Positions 38,136 through 46,424 of a stretch of 64,000 bases of DNA are shown here, one piece after another. The stretch's first letter is position 1, and every line of letters starts with the position of its first letter. Source of the stretch: an uncultured SAR86 cluster bacterium. GTDB taxonomy: Bacteria > Pseudomonadota > Gammaproteobacteria > Magnimaribacterales > D2472. The notes below the pieces were generated by a model. It ran no database searches. It had not been told where the DNA came from and saw only the letters and a program-made list of their open reading frames with translations. A program made the position numbers and the translations under genes. The stretch lies in contig CABXTT010000001.1 in the NCBI GenBank assembly GCA_902515155.1, positions 12,389 to 76,388 of the forward strand. The letters run 5' to 3'.

Positions 38136-38900
38136 TTACCTTATATTGAGTGATTCTTTTTTTAAGTATATTTTTAAGTCATTTATATTAAACAAATTTT
38201 TATGAAATACACTTGCAGCAAGTGCGCCACTAGAGTTTGTTTGAGTTAATACATTTTTAAAGTCTTTCATTGAGCCAGCGCCGCCTGATGCAATAACTGG
38301 AATATTACTAATTGAAATCATTTTGTTTAATTGATAAATATCATAACCATCTCTTACACCGTCTCTATCCATGCAATTTAAAACAATTTCGCCCGCACCA
38401 AGCTCTTGAACTTTCTCAATCCAATCAATTGTTTTTATACTAGTATTTGTTGCAGTATTTTCATCACCTGTTTTTGAATAAACAATATAGTCATCCTCAA
38501 TCATTAATGAATCAATTCCAACAACAACACATTGGCTTCCAAATTCATTTGCTAATTCATGAATAAGTTCAGGTCTTTCTATGGCTGGAGAATTAACTGA
38601 AACTTTGTCAGCTCCAGAATTTAATATAACTTTAGCTTGCTCAACTGATTTAATACCTCCAGCAACACAAAAGGGTATATTTATTTTTTCAGCTATAGCT
38701 TTTACCCATTCTTTTGAAACAACACCATCATATGTGCTGGCACCAATATCATAAAAAACTAACTCATCAGCTCCTTCATTATTATATTTAATTGCTAAAT
38801 CAATTATGGAACCAACTATTTCATGATTTCTAAACCTTACTCCTTTTACAACAGAGTTATCTTTTACATCTAAGCAAGGAATTATTCTTCTAGTTAACAT
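38136..38900 (-). CDS. hisF: imidazole glycerol phosphate synthase cyclase subunit
   Basis: [13 protein letters not shown] start. The longer track ORF (to 39011) runs out of frame through hisA. Confidence 0.9.
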   Translation of the reverse strand: MLTRRIIPCLDVKDNSVVKGVRFRNHEIVGSIIDLAIKYNNEGADELVFYDIGASTYDGVVSKEWVKAIAEKINIPFCVAGGIKSVEQAKVILNSGADKVSVNSPAIERPELIHELANEFGSQCVVVGIDSLMIEDDYIVYSKTGDENTATNTSIKTIDWIEKVQELGAGEIVLNCMDRDGVRDGYDIYQLNKMISISNIPVIASGGAGSMKDFKNVLTQTNSSGALAASVFHKNLFNINDLKIYLKKESLNIR

Positions 38901-39609
38901 TAATAAGATCCTTAAGAGACAATTTATTTTCATATATTGCCTTCCCAACAACACATTCTTGAGTACCAATATTTTTAAGCTTTTTAATATCTTCCATATT
39001 CCCAATACCACCTGAAGCGATTAAATTAGTATTTTTATTTTCAAGTATTTTTTTATATATATTGCAATTAGGACCTTCCAATGTTCCATCTACTGATATG
39101 TCAGTTGCAAGCACATTTTTAATCCATTGATTGTTATTTATAAAATCAAAAAGATTAATGTTTGTATTTTTAGTCCACCCATTTACAGATAACATCGGCT
39201 CATCATTAATAACGTTAAAATCTAGCCCAAATATAATTTTATCAAGGTTCGTATTGGATCGTATTTCCTCTCTAAAAGCTTGATTGTTAATAGCAGCAGT
39301 TCCTACGATCAATCTATCTACTCCAATAGATATTAGTTCATTCAAAGTTTGTTCATCCCTTATACCACCTCCAACTTGAATATTTAAACCTTCAATTAAT
39401 AGGAATTTTTCAATAATAGGAAGATTTTTATTTTTTCCTGACCTTGCCGCATCAAGGTCAACAATATGAACATAGTCAAAACCCGCATCTAAAAAGATAT
39501 TTATTTGATTTAAAGGCGAGGAATTATATTCTGATACATCTTGATAATTACCTTTTAAAAGTCTTACACATTTGCCATCAAGTAAGTCTATAGCTGGAAT
39601 GATCTTCAT
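38890..39609 (-). CDS. hisA: ProFAR isomerase
   Basis: [23 protein letters not shown] and ASGGI. Confidence 0.9.
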   Translation of the reverse strand: MKIIPAIDLLDGKCVRLLKGNYQDVSEYNSSPLNQINIFLDAGFDYVHIVDLDAARSGKNKNLPIIEKFLLIEGLNIQVGGGIRDEQTLNELISIGVDRLIVGTAAINNQAFREEIRSNTNLDKIIFGLDFNVINDEPMLSVNGWTKNTNINLFDFINNNQWIKNVLATDISVDGTLEGPNCNIYKKILENKNTNLIASGGIGNMEDIKKLKNIGTQECVVGKAIYENKLSLKDLINVN

Positions 39610-40184
39610 GCCGTAGTTAGAAAATACTGAAGAAATTTTTCACCACTTACTGAGGATTTTTCTGGATGAAATTGACAGCCTATAAAATTATTTTTTTTTA
39701 CAAGACTAGTATAATTAACACCATATTCAGTATAGCCCATCGCACTGTCTGTGGAATCCGTGTAAAAACTATTTGCATAATAATAATGCCCATTTAATGA
39801 TTTAAGATCATCATTGCATAATAATTTATTCCATCCCATTTGCGGAACTGTTAGACTTTTATCTGATTTAAATTTTTTAATTTTTCCATCTATTATTCCA
39901 AGACATTGTGTATCACCTTCTTCTGAGTACTCATACATTATTTGCATTCCTATGCATATTCCTAGAACTGGCTTAGTTATGTTTTTTATAAAATCTATTA
40001 AGCTCTTATCTTTAAGACACTGCATTACAGCATTTGCTGAGCCAACACCTGGTAATACATAAGCATCAAGACCACTAAGCTCATTCTTTGAATTACTAAT
40101 TACTGTATTAATACCTAGCCTTTTAAAAGAATAGTAAATAGAATTTAAATTCGCTCCTCCGCAATCAATTATCCCTATGATCAT
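39606..40184 (-). CDS. hisH: imidazole glycerol phosphate synthase glutaminase subunit
   Basis: GICIGMQ catalytic Cys and QFHPEKS. Confidence 0.9.
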   Translation of the reverse strand: MIIGIIDCGGANLNSIYYSFKRLGINTVISNSKNELSGLDAYVLPGVGSANAVMQCLKDKSLIDFIKNITKPVLGICIGMQIMYEYSEEGDTQCLGIIDGKIKKFKSDKSLTVPQMGWNKLLCNDDLKSLNGHYYYANSFYTDSTDSAMGYTEYGVNYTSLVKKNNFIGCQFHPEKSSVSGEKFLQYFLTTA

Positions 40185-42055
40185 AGCGTTCCTTTTGTCG
40201 ATGCAACGGCAGAATCATTTTTCTTTAAAGCATTGCTCAAAGCTCTGGTGAAGCTTTTAAATGTTGCCTCTATAATGTGGTGACTATTAGTGCCTTTTGT
40301 TTCTATGTGGCATGTAAAACCTAGTGTGTTAATAAAGGATATAAAGAAATGCTCAAACATTTCAGTTGGAAAATCGCCAACATACTCCCTTAACTTTGAA
40401 GTTTTCATTTTTAAAAAGGGCCTTGATGCCATATCAATGCTCACATTTGAAATAGTTTCATCCATAACGAGATTTTCACTTGAAGCATATCTTTCTATAT
40501 TCTCTCTTTTTCCAACAGCATTTTTAAATGCTTCTCCTAATGCTATAGAAACATCTTCAATTGTATGATGTTCATCAATCTCAAGATCACCTATAGAGTG
40601 AACAGATAAATCAAAATTTCCATGTTTCGCGAGTTGTTCTAACATGTGATCGAAGTATTTAAGACCTGTATCAATATTAAAGTTTCCTTTTCCATCAATA
40701 TCTAGATTTATATATATGTTTGTCTCATTTGTAGACCTTTTAATAAATGATTTTCGAGATTTTAATGATATTTCACTTGATGCTAAATTTTTTCTAATTG
40801 AAACTGCTTTTTCATGAGCATCTAAACTTTCTGCATTTGCTAAGATTGAAACAGTAGGAGCAAGATTTAAGAATCCTTCCGGACTTGCAGTTTGAAAAGT
40901 AATTATTTTACCGAAATCTTTAACAGACAACCCAGAATATGTTTTAGCATATCTATTTGTTGGTAATGTGTGATTAGAGCCAGATGCATAATCACCAAAT
41001 GATTCCGGTGAATATTTTCCGCAGAAAACCGAGCCTGCATTATTTATATATGGTGTGAATTTAGCAAAATCTTTATCTAAGAGTATTAAATGCTCAGGAG
41101 CATTACTATTAATAAATTTAATAATTTCATCATCGTTTTCTGCAGATACCAAATAGATATTACTAAAACTTTTTTTAAGTATGTCTTGTCTTTTTAGCAT
41201 TTCCTTTTGTTTATTTAATTCATCTTTTAAATCATTAATTAAAATTTTATTTTTACTAACGAATACCGCCTTAGCATCTGTACTATGTTCTAGTTGAGAT
41301 AATAGATCAGAGGCTATTATATGAATTTTATTTTTATCATTTGAAACCACATATACCTCACTTGGACCAGCAGGCATATCAATAGATGTTTTATTGCTGA
41401 CCATAACTTTTGCTTCGGTTACAAATTGATTTCCTGGACCATATATTTTTAAACATTTCGGTATAGTTTTAGTTCCATGAGACATAGCAAAAATTGCTTG
41501 AGAGCCACCAATCTTATATACATTTTTTATTTTTAATAATTTAGCTATCCATAATATAGCTGGATTTATATTTCCATTTTTATCAGGAGGAGTGCAAATA
41601 ACTATTTTTGGACAACCTGCAATAAGGGCGGGTATAGCTTGCATTAGTAGGGAACTGAAAAGCGGAGCTGTACCACCTGGAATATATAAACCAACCGAAT
41701 CTATTGGCTTGAATTCAGACCATAGTCTAATACCTTTAGTTGTTTCCATTTCAGAGATAGACAAACCAGGTAATTGTTTTTCATGATATTGGTAAATATT
41801 TGTATAGGCAATAAGAATTGCTTCTTTAAGGTCGCCATCTAGCATAGCCTCAGCTTTTTTAAACTCAGAATTTGTTACTTTAAAGTTTTTTATTACCTTT
41901 TCATTCAATGTTTTCGATATCTTTCTTAAACCTTCATCACCCTCATTTATTACAAGATTTTCAAATTTCTTAAGAGTGGACTTATTTTTTGATGACATGA
42001 CAGAATCTTTAAAGTCTATAGTCATATTTGATTTATTTATAATTATCTTCTTCAT
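40181..42055 (-). CDS. hisD-hisB: fusion protein: histidinol dehydrogenase (HisD) + imidazoleglycerol-phosphate dehydratase (HisB IGPD domain)
   Basis: Single uninterrupted 624-aa ORF. The HisD part carries GGSQAIFAMSHGT, DMPAGPSEV, LLSQLEH and GDYASGSNHTLPT. After the linker KNLASSEISLKSRKSFIK comes the IGPD part with RSTNETNIYINLDIDG, IDEHHTIED and SHHIIEATFKSFTRAL. Confidence 0.85.
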   Translation of the reverse strand: MKKIIINKSNMTIDFKDSVMSSKNKSTLKKFENLVINEGDEGLRKISKTLNEKVIKNFKVTNSEFKKAEAMLDGDLKEAILIAYTNIYQYHEKQLPGLSISEMETTKGIRLWSEFKPIDSVGLYIPGGTAPLFSSLLMQAIPALIAGCPKIVICTPPDKNGNINPAILWIAKLLKIKNVYKIGGSQAIFAMSHGTKTIPKCLKIYGPGNQFVTEAKVMVSNKTSIDMPAGPSEVYVVSNDKNKIHIIASDLLSQLEHSTDAKAVFVSKNKILINDLKDELNKQKEMLKRQDILKKSFSNIYLVSAENDDEIIKFINSNAPEHLILLDKDFAKFTPYINNAGSVFCGKYSPESFGDYASGSNHTLPTNRYAKTYSGLSVKDFGKIITFQTASPEGFLNLAPTVSILANAESLDAHEKAVSIRKNLASSEISLKSRKSFIKRSTNETNIYINLDIDGKGNFNIDTGLKYFDHMLEQLAKHGNFDLSVHSIGDLEIDEHHTIEDVSIALGEAFKNAVGKRENIERYASSENLVMDETISNVSIDMASRPFLKMKTSKLREYVGDFPTEMFEHFFISFINTLGFTCHIETKGTNSHHIIEATFKSFTRALSNALKKNDSAVASTKGTL

Positions 42056-42056
42056 A

Positions 42057-42920
42057 TTAATTCAATATTTTTTCAACAGGCATAATTAAAATTGATGATG
42101 CTCCTTTTTCCTTGAGTTTCTCCATTGTTTCCCAGAAAATCGGTTCCTGACATAAAGCGTGAATTGCTACTTTATTTTTATTTTCCAATGGAATAATTGT
42201 TGGAGACTCAGAACCAGGTAAAAGTTTACATATCTCCTGAACCTTAGAAGCGTCAGAATTTAACATTACATATTTACTCTCAATCGCATTAATTACACCC
42301 TCCATTCTATTAATGACTTTTGTAGCAATTGATAACTTTTTTGCACTTATATTTTTATTTTTAATTAGAACTGCTTGCGATTGAAGAATTATTTCAATTT
42401 CTTTTAAGTTATTAGCCTCTAGTGTTGCTCCTGACGAAACTAGATCACAAATAACATCCGACATCCCTATATAGGGCGTTAATTCCACAGAGCCATGAAT
42501 ATTGGTAACTGATGCATTTATTTTATTATCCTTAAGATATTTTTTAACAGTGTTGGGATAAGAAGTAGCAATTTTTTTGTTTTTAAAATTTTTAATATTT
42601 GAATTTTGAGGCACTGCAAATGAAAGCCTACATTTTGAAAATCCCAAGTTAAGCATTTTCTCAATGTAAGTTCTTTTAAATAATGTCTTTTCAATCAAAA
42701 TATTTTCTCCAACAATGGCTAAATCAGCATCACCATTAGAGACCAATGACGGTATATCATCACTTCTGACAAATAATATATCTATAGGTAGATTATTAGA
42801 TTTTGCTAATAATTTATCTCCTTTGTAAGAAAAATTAATTCCTGATTTCTTAAGTAAATCTATGCTTTGCTCAGACAGCCTTCCATTTTTTTGTATTGCA
42901 ATTGTTAGTCTATTTTTCAT
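42057..42920 (-). CDS. hisG: ATP phosphoribosyltransferase, long form
   Basis: 287 aa. LTIAIQKNGRLSEQS, and a C-terminal regulatory domain is present. Confidence 0.9.
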   Translation of the reverse strand: MKNRLTIAIQKNGRLSEQSIDLLKKSGINFSYKGDKLLAKSNNLPIDILFVRSDDIPSLVSNGDADLAIVGENILIEKTLFKRTYIEKMLNLGFSKCRLSFAVPQNSNIKNFKNKKIATSYPNTVKKYLKDNKINASVTNIHGSVELTPYIGMSDVICDLVSSGATLEANNLKEIEIILQSQAVLIKNKNISAKKLSIATKVINRMEGVINAIESKYVMLNSDASKVQEICKLLPGSESPTIIPLENKNKVAIHALCQEPIFWETMEKLKEKGASSILIMPVEKILN

Positions 42921-43183
42921 TTTGAAATCCTTTTCAATATGTTCAGATACCCCTTATATGGCTCATTTGATAAAAACCTAGCGACCCTTGTAACTGTAGT
43001 TGTACTTGTTTTTAATTTACTTGCTATCTCTCTATAAGATAATTTATCTTCAAATAAAAGTTGAGCTACAGCCCATCTTTCTTCAAGTGCTTTTAGCTCA
43101 GAAGGTGTACATAGATCTTTTAAAAATCCATTTACCTCATTTTTATTCTGTAACAATAATATTGCTTCATTTAGGTTTTTCAT
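42917..43183 (-). CDS. TrpR-related YerC/YecD-family DNA-binding protein
   Basis: 88 aa. LCTPSELKALEERWAVAQLL..KLSYREIASKLKTSTTTVTRVARFL fits the YerC/YecD (Trp-repressor-like) pattern. ATGA overlap with hisG. Confidence 0.7.
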   Translation of the reverse strand: MKNLNEAILLLQNKNEVNGFLKDLCTPSELKALEERWAVAQLLFEDKLSYREIASKLKTSTTTVTRVARFLSNEPYKGYLNILKRISK

Positions 43184-43220
43184 GTGTGCTAGTGTATTAC
43201 TATGTTAATACAAAGTAAAC

Positions 43221-43246
43221 AAAAAAAAGGCACTTTTAAGTGCCTT
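43221..43246 (-). terminator. Rho-independent terminator of the 143-aa membrane protein gene
   Basis: On the minus strand: AAGGCAC-ttaaaa-GTGCCTT followed by T8, 18 nt after the stop codon. Confidence 0.8.
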
Positions 43247-43264
43247 TGATTATAATGATATTAA

Positions 43265-43696
43265 TTATTCATTTGGGTTAAACCACAATGGTAAAACAGC
43301 AATCAATAAACCTGAAACATAAAACATCCATGCCCCAATAGTGCCCATCATATTTCCACCATTTGCCATGTTCTCAATGAACTGTTTTGAGCCTGCTCCA
43401 ATATCAAGTGAACCATTTGCTGCGTCTAAAGCTGCTAAGGCTGCAGAATGGCCCTCATAAGTACCGCTTACCCATCCACCTAGATTAAGCCCAAGCAGAA
43501 ATACCGATACAGCAAAAGCAGTACCAATAATTTTAGCTAATGTATTAGCACCTTTTTCCATCATAACGCTCGAAAATCTAGCAGCTATCCAAACAGCTAT
43601 AACTGTTGATAGAAAAACTGTAGCATTTGCTCCTCTTGAAGTAGCAAATAACTCCCACAATGCAATTTCAGCTGTTGCACTTGCAATAATATCCAT
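43265..43696 (-). CDS. hypothetical Ala/Gly-rich small membrane protein
   Basis: 143 aa with about three hydrophobic helices. Strong SD (taggagaag), its own terminator, and visibly higher G+C than its surroundings. No family recognised. Confidence 0.6.
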   Translation of the reverse strand: MDIIASATAEIALWELFATSRGANATVFLSTVIAVWIAARFSSVMMEKGANTLAKIIGTAFAVSVFLLGLNLGGWVSGTYEGHSAALAALDAANGSLDIGAGSKQFIENMANGGNMMGTIGAWMFYVSGLLIAVLPLWFNPNE

Positions 43697-43805
43697 AAAA
43701 TCTTCTCCTAAGATTAATAATTAATATTTATTTATACATGTTTCTATAAATTAATTCAAAGATTGTTTCTAAATAATACTTAAAATAAATATATATAAAT
43801 ATGAA

Positions 43806-44816
43806 TTATTTTTGAGTTAATAAAGACACAATTTCTAGATGTTTTGTATTTGGAAATTGATCAAATATTTCTATATTTTGAATTTTATATGATTCTAAAT
43901 AAGCAACATCTCTTATATATGTTTCTATATTACAAGACACGTAAATAATATTTTTAAACTTCTTTGTCATATCAATTACATTAGTTGTAAGTCCAGACCT
44001 TGGTGGATCAACTAGAATATGTGAAAAATTGTAATGATTAATGTCTATCCCTTTCATTCTTCTAAAAATTCTACCTTCAATAGCTTCGCTAATTTCATCA
44101 GCTGATAATCTGGAGTAATGTATATTTTTAATCGACATAGCATCAATAGATTTTTCAATACATTTAATAGATTGCCTATTATTTTCAGTTGCATAAACTT
44201 TATTAAAATATTTAGATAATGGGAAAGTAAATGTTCCAGATCCACAATAAAGCTCTAAAAGATCATTTGGTTCCTCTAAAAAAGAGATGACTTTTTTTAC
44301 CATTTCAGGCATATGAAAATGATTTGGTTGATAGAAAGATTGATCTGATTGATACAGTTTTGTTTTTAAAGACTTCACATGATCCTCTAAGAGATCATCA
44401 TTTAAATAAAATATATCGTTTTTAGATCTTAAGATTACAGATATTTTGAGCGATTTAGATAAACATTCTGCTTGGACTTTAATCTTGTCATCAAGTTTTT
44501 TATGATAAATTAATGTTACTAAAACTTTATTACAACTATTTGTTCTAAAGTTTATTTGAAACAATTTATTATTGAGCTCAACTTCATTATTAATTGAATT
44601 AAGCAACTTAGGCATTAAGTCAGATATTATTGGTCTAGCTACTTGGAAAGTTGTAAGATTTATTCTATTACTTTCCTTATCATACATAGTGTAATAGCCA
44701 TTTCTATAGCCGAATTCACATCGTGACCTATAACCATGAGAAGGACTCAAGTTAATGATAATATCTTTATTGAAGTGTTCCTTTAATAGTTCATGTGCCT
44801 TTGAAAATTTATCCAT
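43806..44816 (-). CDS. trmA: tRNA/tmRNA (uracil-C5)-methyltransferase
   Basis: LELYCGSGTF SAM motif, DPPRSGL, YVSCN and the EIFDQFPNTKHLE C-terminus. Confidence 0.8.
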   Translation of the reverse strand: MDKFSKAHELLKEHFNKDIIINLSPSHGYRSRCEFGYRNGYYTMYDKESNRINLTTFQVARPIISDLMPKLLNSINNEVELNNKLFQINFRTNSCNKVLVTLIYHKKLDDKIKVQAECLSKSLKISVILRSKNDIFYLNDDLLEDHVKSLKTKLYQSDQSFYQPNHFHMPEMVKKVISFLEEPNDLLELYCGSGTFTFPLSKYFNKVYATENNRQSIKCIEKSIDAMSIKNIHYSRLSADEISEAIEGRIFRRMKGIDINHYNFSHILVDPPRSGLTTNVIDMTKKFKNIIYVSCNIETYIRDVAYLESYKIQNIEIFDQFPNTKHLEIVSLLTQK

Positions 44817-44820
44817 TGGA

Positions 44821-44985
44821 TTATAAAAAAAACATTGTTATAAGCATTAAAAACCCTATAAATGTTATATTAAGGACAATAAACAGGGTAATAATCTTAA
44901 AAAGTGATAATCCTTTTAGATCATTTTCAAGTTCTAATTTATTTCGAACTCCTAAGAATGAATGAATTACTCTTTTTAACCACAT
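44821..44985 (-). CDS. DUF2970-like small membrane protein (54 aa, not in ORF track)
   Basis: My own translation is MWLKRVIHSFLGVRNKLELENDLKGLSLFKIITLFIVLNITFIGFLMLITMFFL*. The SF-x-G-V/I-R...D... motif plus one TM helix resembles DUF2970 as I recall it. The stop lies 4 nt before the trmA start. Confidence 0.4.
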   Translation of the reverse strand: MWLKRVIHSFLGVRNKLELENDLKGLSLFKIITLFIVLNITFIGFLMLITMFFL

Positions 44986-44988
44986 ATT

Positions 44989-45582
44989 ATGAATGAAATT
45001 GTTAACATTACTAAGTCAGCTGAAGAATATCTATCAAAACTGCTTACTGAAAAAAATGAGATTGATTTATCAGTAAGAATATTTATATCAGATCCTGGCA
45101 CCCCTAAGGCTGAAACTTGTCTTGCTTATTGTAAACCAGATGAAGCTGGTGAAGATGATGTGATTTTAAATTTAGAGTTAATAACAGTGAATATAGATCA
45201 CAGGAGTATTCCATTTTTAAAGGATGCAGAGGTGAACTTTGATAACGATACATTTGGAGGTCAACTAACAATTAAAGCCCCCAATGCAAGATTGCCAAAT
45301 ATCTCACCTGATAGTCCGCCAGAAGATCGAATAAATTATGTTATTTACAATGAAATAAACCCTATGCTTGAATCGCATGGCGGAGAGGTAAGTCTTGTTA
45401 AGTTTACTGACAAGGGAGAAGCAGTTCTTCAATTTGGAGGAGGGTGTCAGGGTTGTGGAATGGTAGATGTTACTTTAAAAGACGGCATTGAAAAGACATT
45501 GCTAGAACAAATACCTGAATTAAAATCTGTTCTTGATTCAACCGATCATTCTATCGACGATAACGCATTTTATAAAAGTTAG
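44989..45582 (+). CDS. nfuA: Fe-S cluster biogenesis protein NfuA
   Basis: An N-terminal degenerate A-type domain and a C-terminal Nfu domain with GGGCQGCG. Confidence 0.9.
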   Translation: MNEIVNITKSAEEYLSKLLTEKNEIDLSVRIFISDPGTPKAETCLAYCKPDEAGEDDVILNLELITVNIDHRSIPFLKDAEVNFDNDTFGGQLTIKAPNARLPNISPDSPPEDRINYVIYNEINPMLESHGGEVSLVKFTDKGEAVLQFGGGCQGCGMVDVTLKDGIEKTLLEQIPELKSVLDSTDHSIDDNAFYKS

Positions 45583-46424
45583 ATTTTTTCTATAGATATA
45601 ACTATTCCGAAGTAGGGGTGATCAAAATAGTGTATTTCTCCATCAAAAACTCTTTTTTGTTCGTCTATAAATATATTAATGTCATTATAAAGTTGATTTC
45701 CATATGACTCTTCAATTGGCAAGGTAATAACTTGTGTAAATTCATTTTTTAAATTTAGATCTAGGATAGGTTTTTCATCAGTTTTCTGTTCTGTTTTTCT
45801 AGATAAAATCTCATTTTCATATGATTTTATGTGTGAATCAGTAATTATTTTATTATCAACTGGTTTAGCAATTCCGAGATAGGCTTTTAAATCAACATGC
45901 AAGAAACGACTCTTATAGAACTTTAAATAGTATCCGTATTTATTTTCAGTATTTTTTTCAAATAGATATTTTGATATTTCTTTATTTTCAATATTTTGAA
46001 TCCAGCTATAACTATTTAAAACTTTATAATTAGTATTACTCGATAACTTTGAATTTAATTTCTTCAATTTTTCTAGATTAGTATTCTTACGAAACCAATA
46101 ACCTGGATTTGGAATAATTTTTTTAATATCTTCATCAGTATTATTTTTAGTAAAGGATGGTCTTAAATTTTTAAACATCTTTGTAAAAAAAGAATCATTA
46201 TTTTTTGGAAATAGATCTGTTGTATTTATTAATAATTCTGGCTCATAAAAACTTAAGACATTCTCTTTAGGTAATATTAATAAATTATCAAAAGTCTCAG
46301 TCGTATTTATATTGACGTTTTTAAAAATTATTAATTCAATTTTATATTCCTCTAATGCAACTTGATCTTGAGCAACTAGATTTGTTATTAAGAAAATAGA
46401 GATAAATAATTTAAATAATATCAT
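45579..46424 (-). CDS. secreted protein, possibly CsiV family
   Basis: Signal peptide, YKIELIIFK near the N-terminus and HYFDHPYFGIVISI at the C-terminus. It lies immediately downstream of mfd, as I recall for Vibrio csiV. Assignment from memory only. Confidence 0.45.
   Translation of the reverse strand: MILFKLFISIFLITNLVAQDQVALEEYKIELIIFKNVNINTTETFDNLLILPKENVLSFYEPELLINTTDLFPKNNDSFFTKMFKNLRPSFTKNNTDEDIKKIIPNPGYWFRKNTNLEKLKKLNSKLSSNTNYKVLNSYSWIQNIENKEISKYLFEKNTENKYGYYLKFYKSRFLHVDLKAYLGIAKPVDNKIITDSHIKSYENEILSRKTEQKTDEKPILDLNLKNEFTQVITLPIEESYGNQLYNDINIFIDEQKRVFDGEIHYFDHPYFGIVISIEKI

Noticed and set aside
38901-39011. N-terminal extensions of track ORFs: hisF to 39011, Trm112 to 14969, coaBC from 9889, dusA to 23529, mrp from 21117, mlaA from 21790.
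   Set aside because: The extensions overlap neighbouring genes, lack similarity to the family N-termini, and an in-frame ATG or GTG reproduces the canonical N-terminus.
43184-43220. A His-rich leader peptide or attenuator, and the inverted repeat GTATTA-N6-TAATAC (43194-43211), upstream of the his operon.
   Set aside because: No His-codon run exists. The 6-bp AT-rich inverted repeat is too weak to call an operator without comparative support, so it is mentioned only as a test target.
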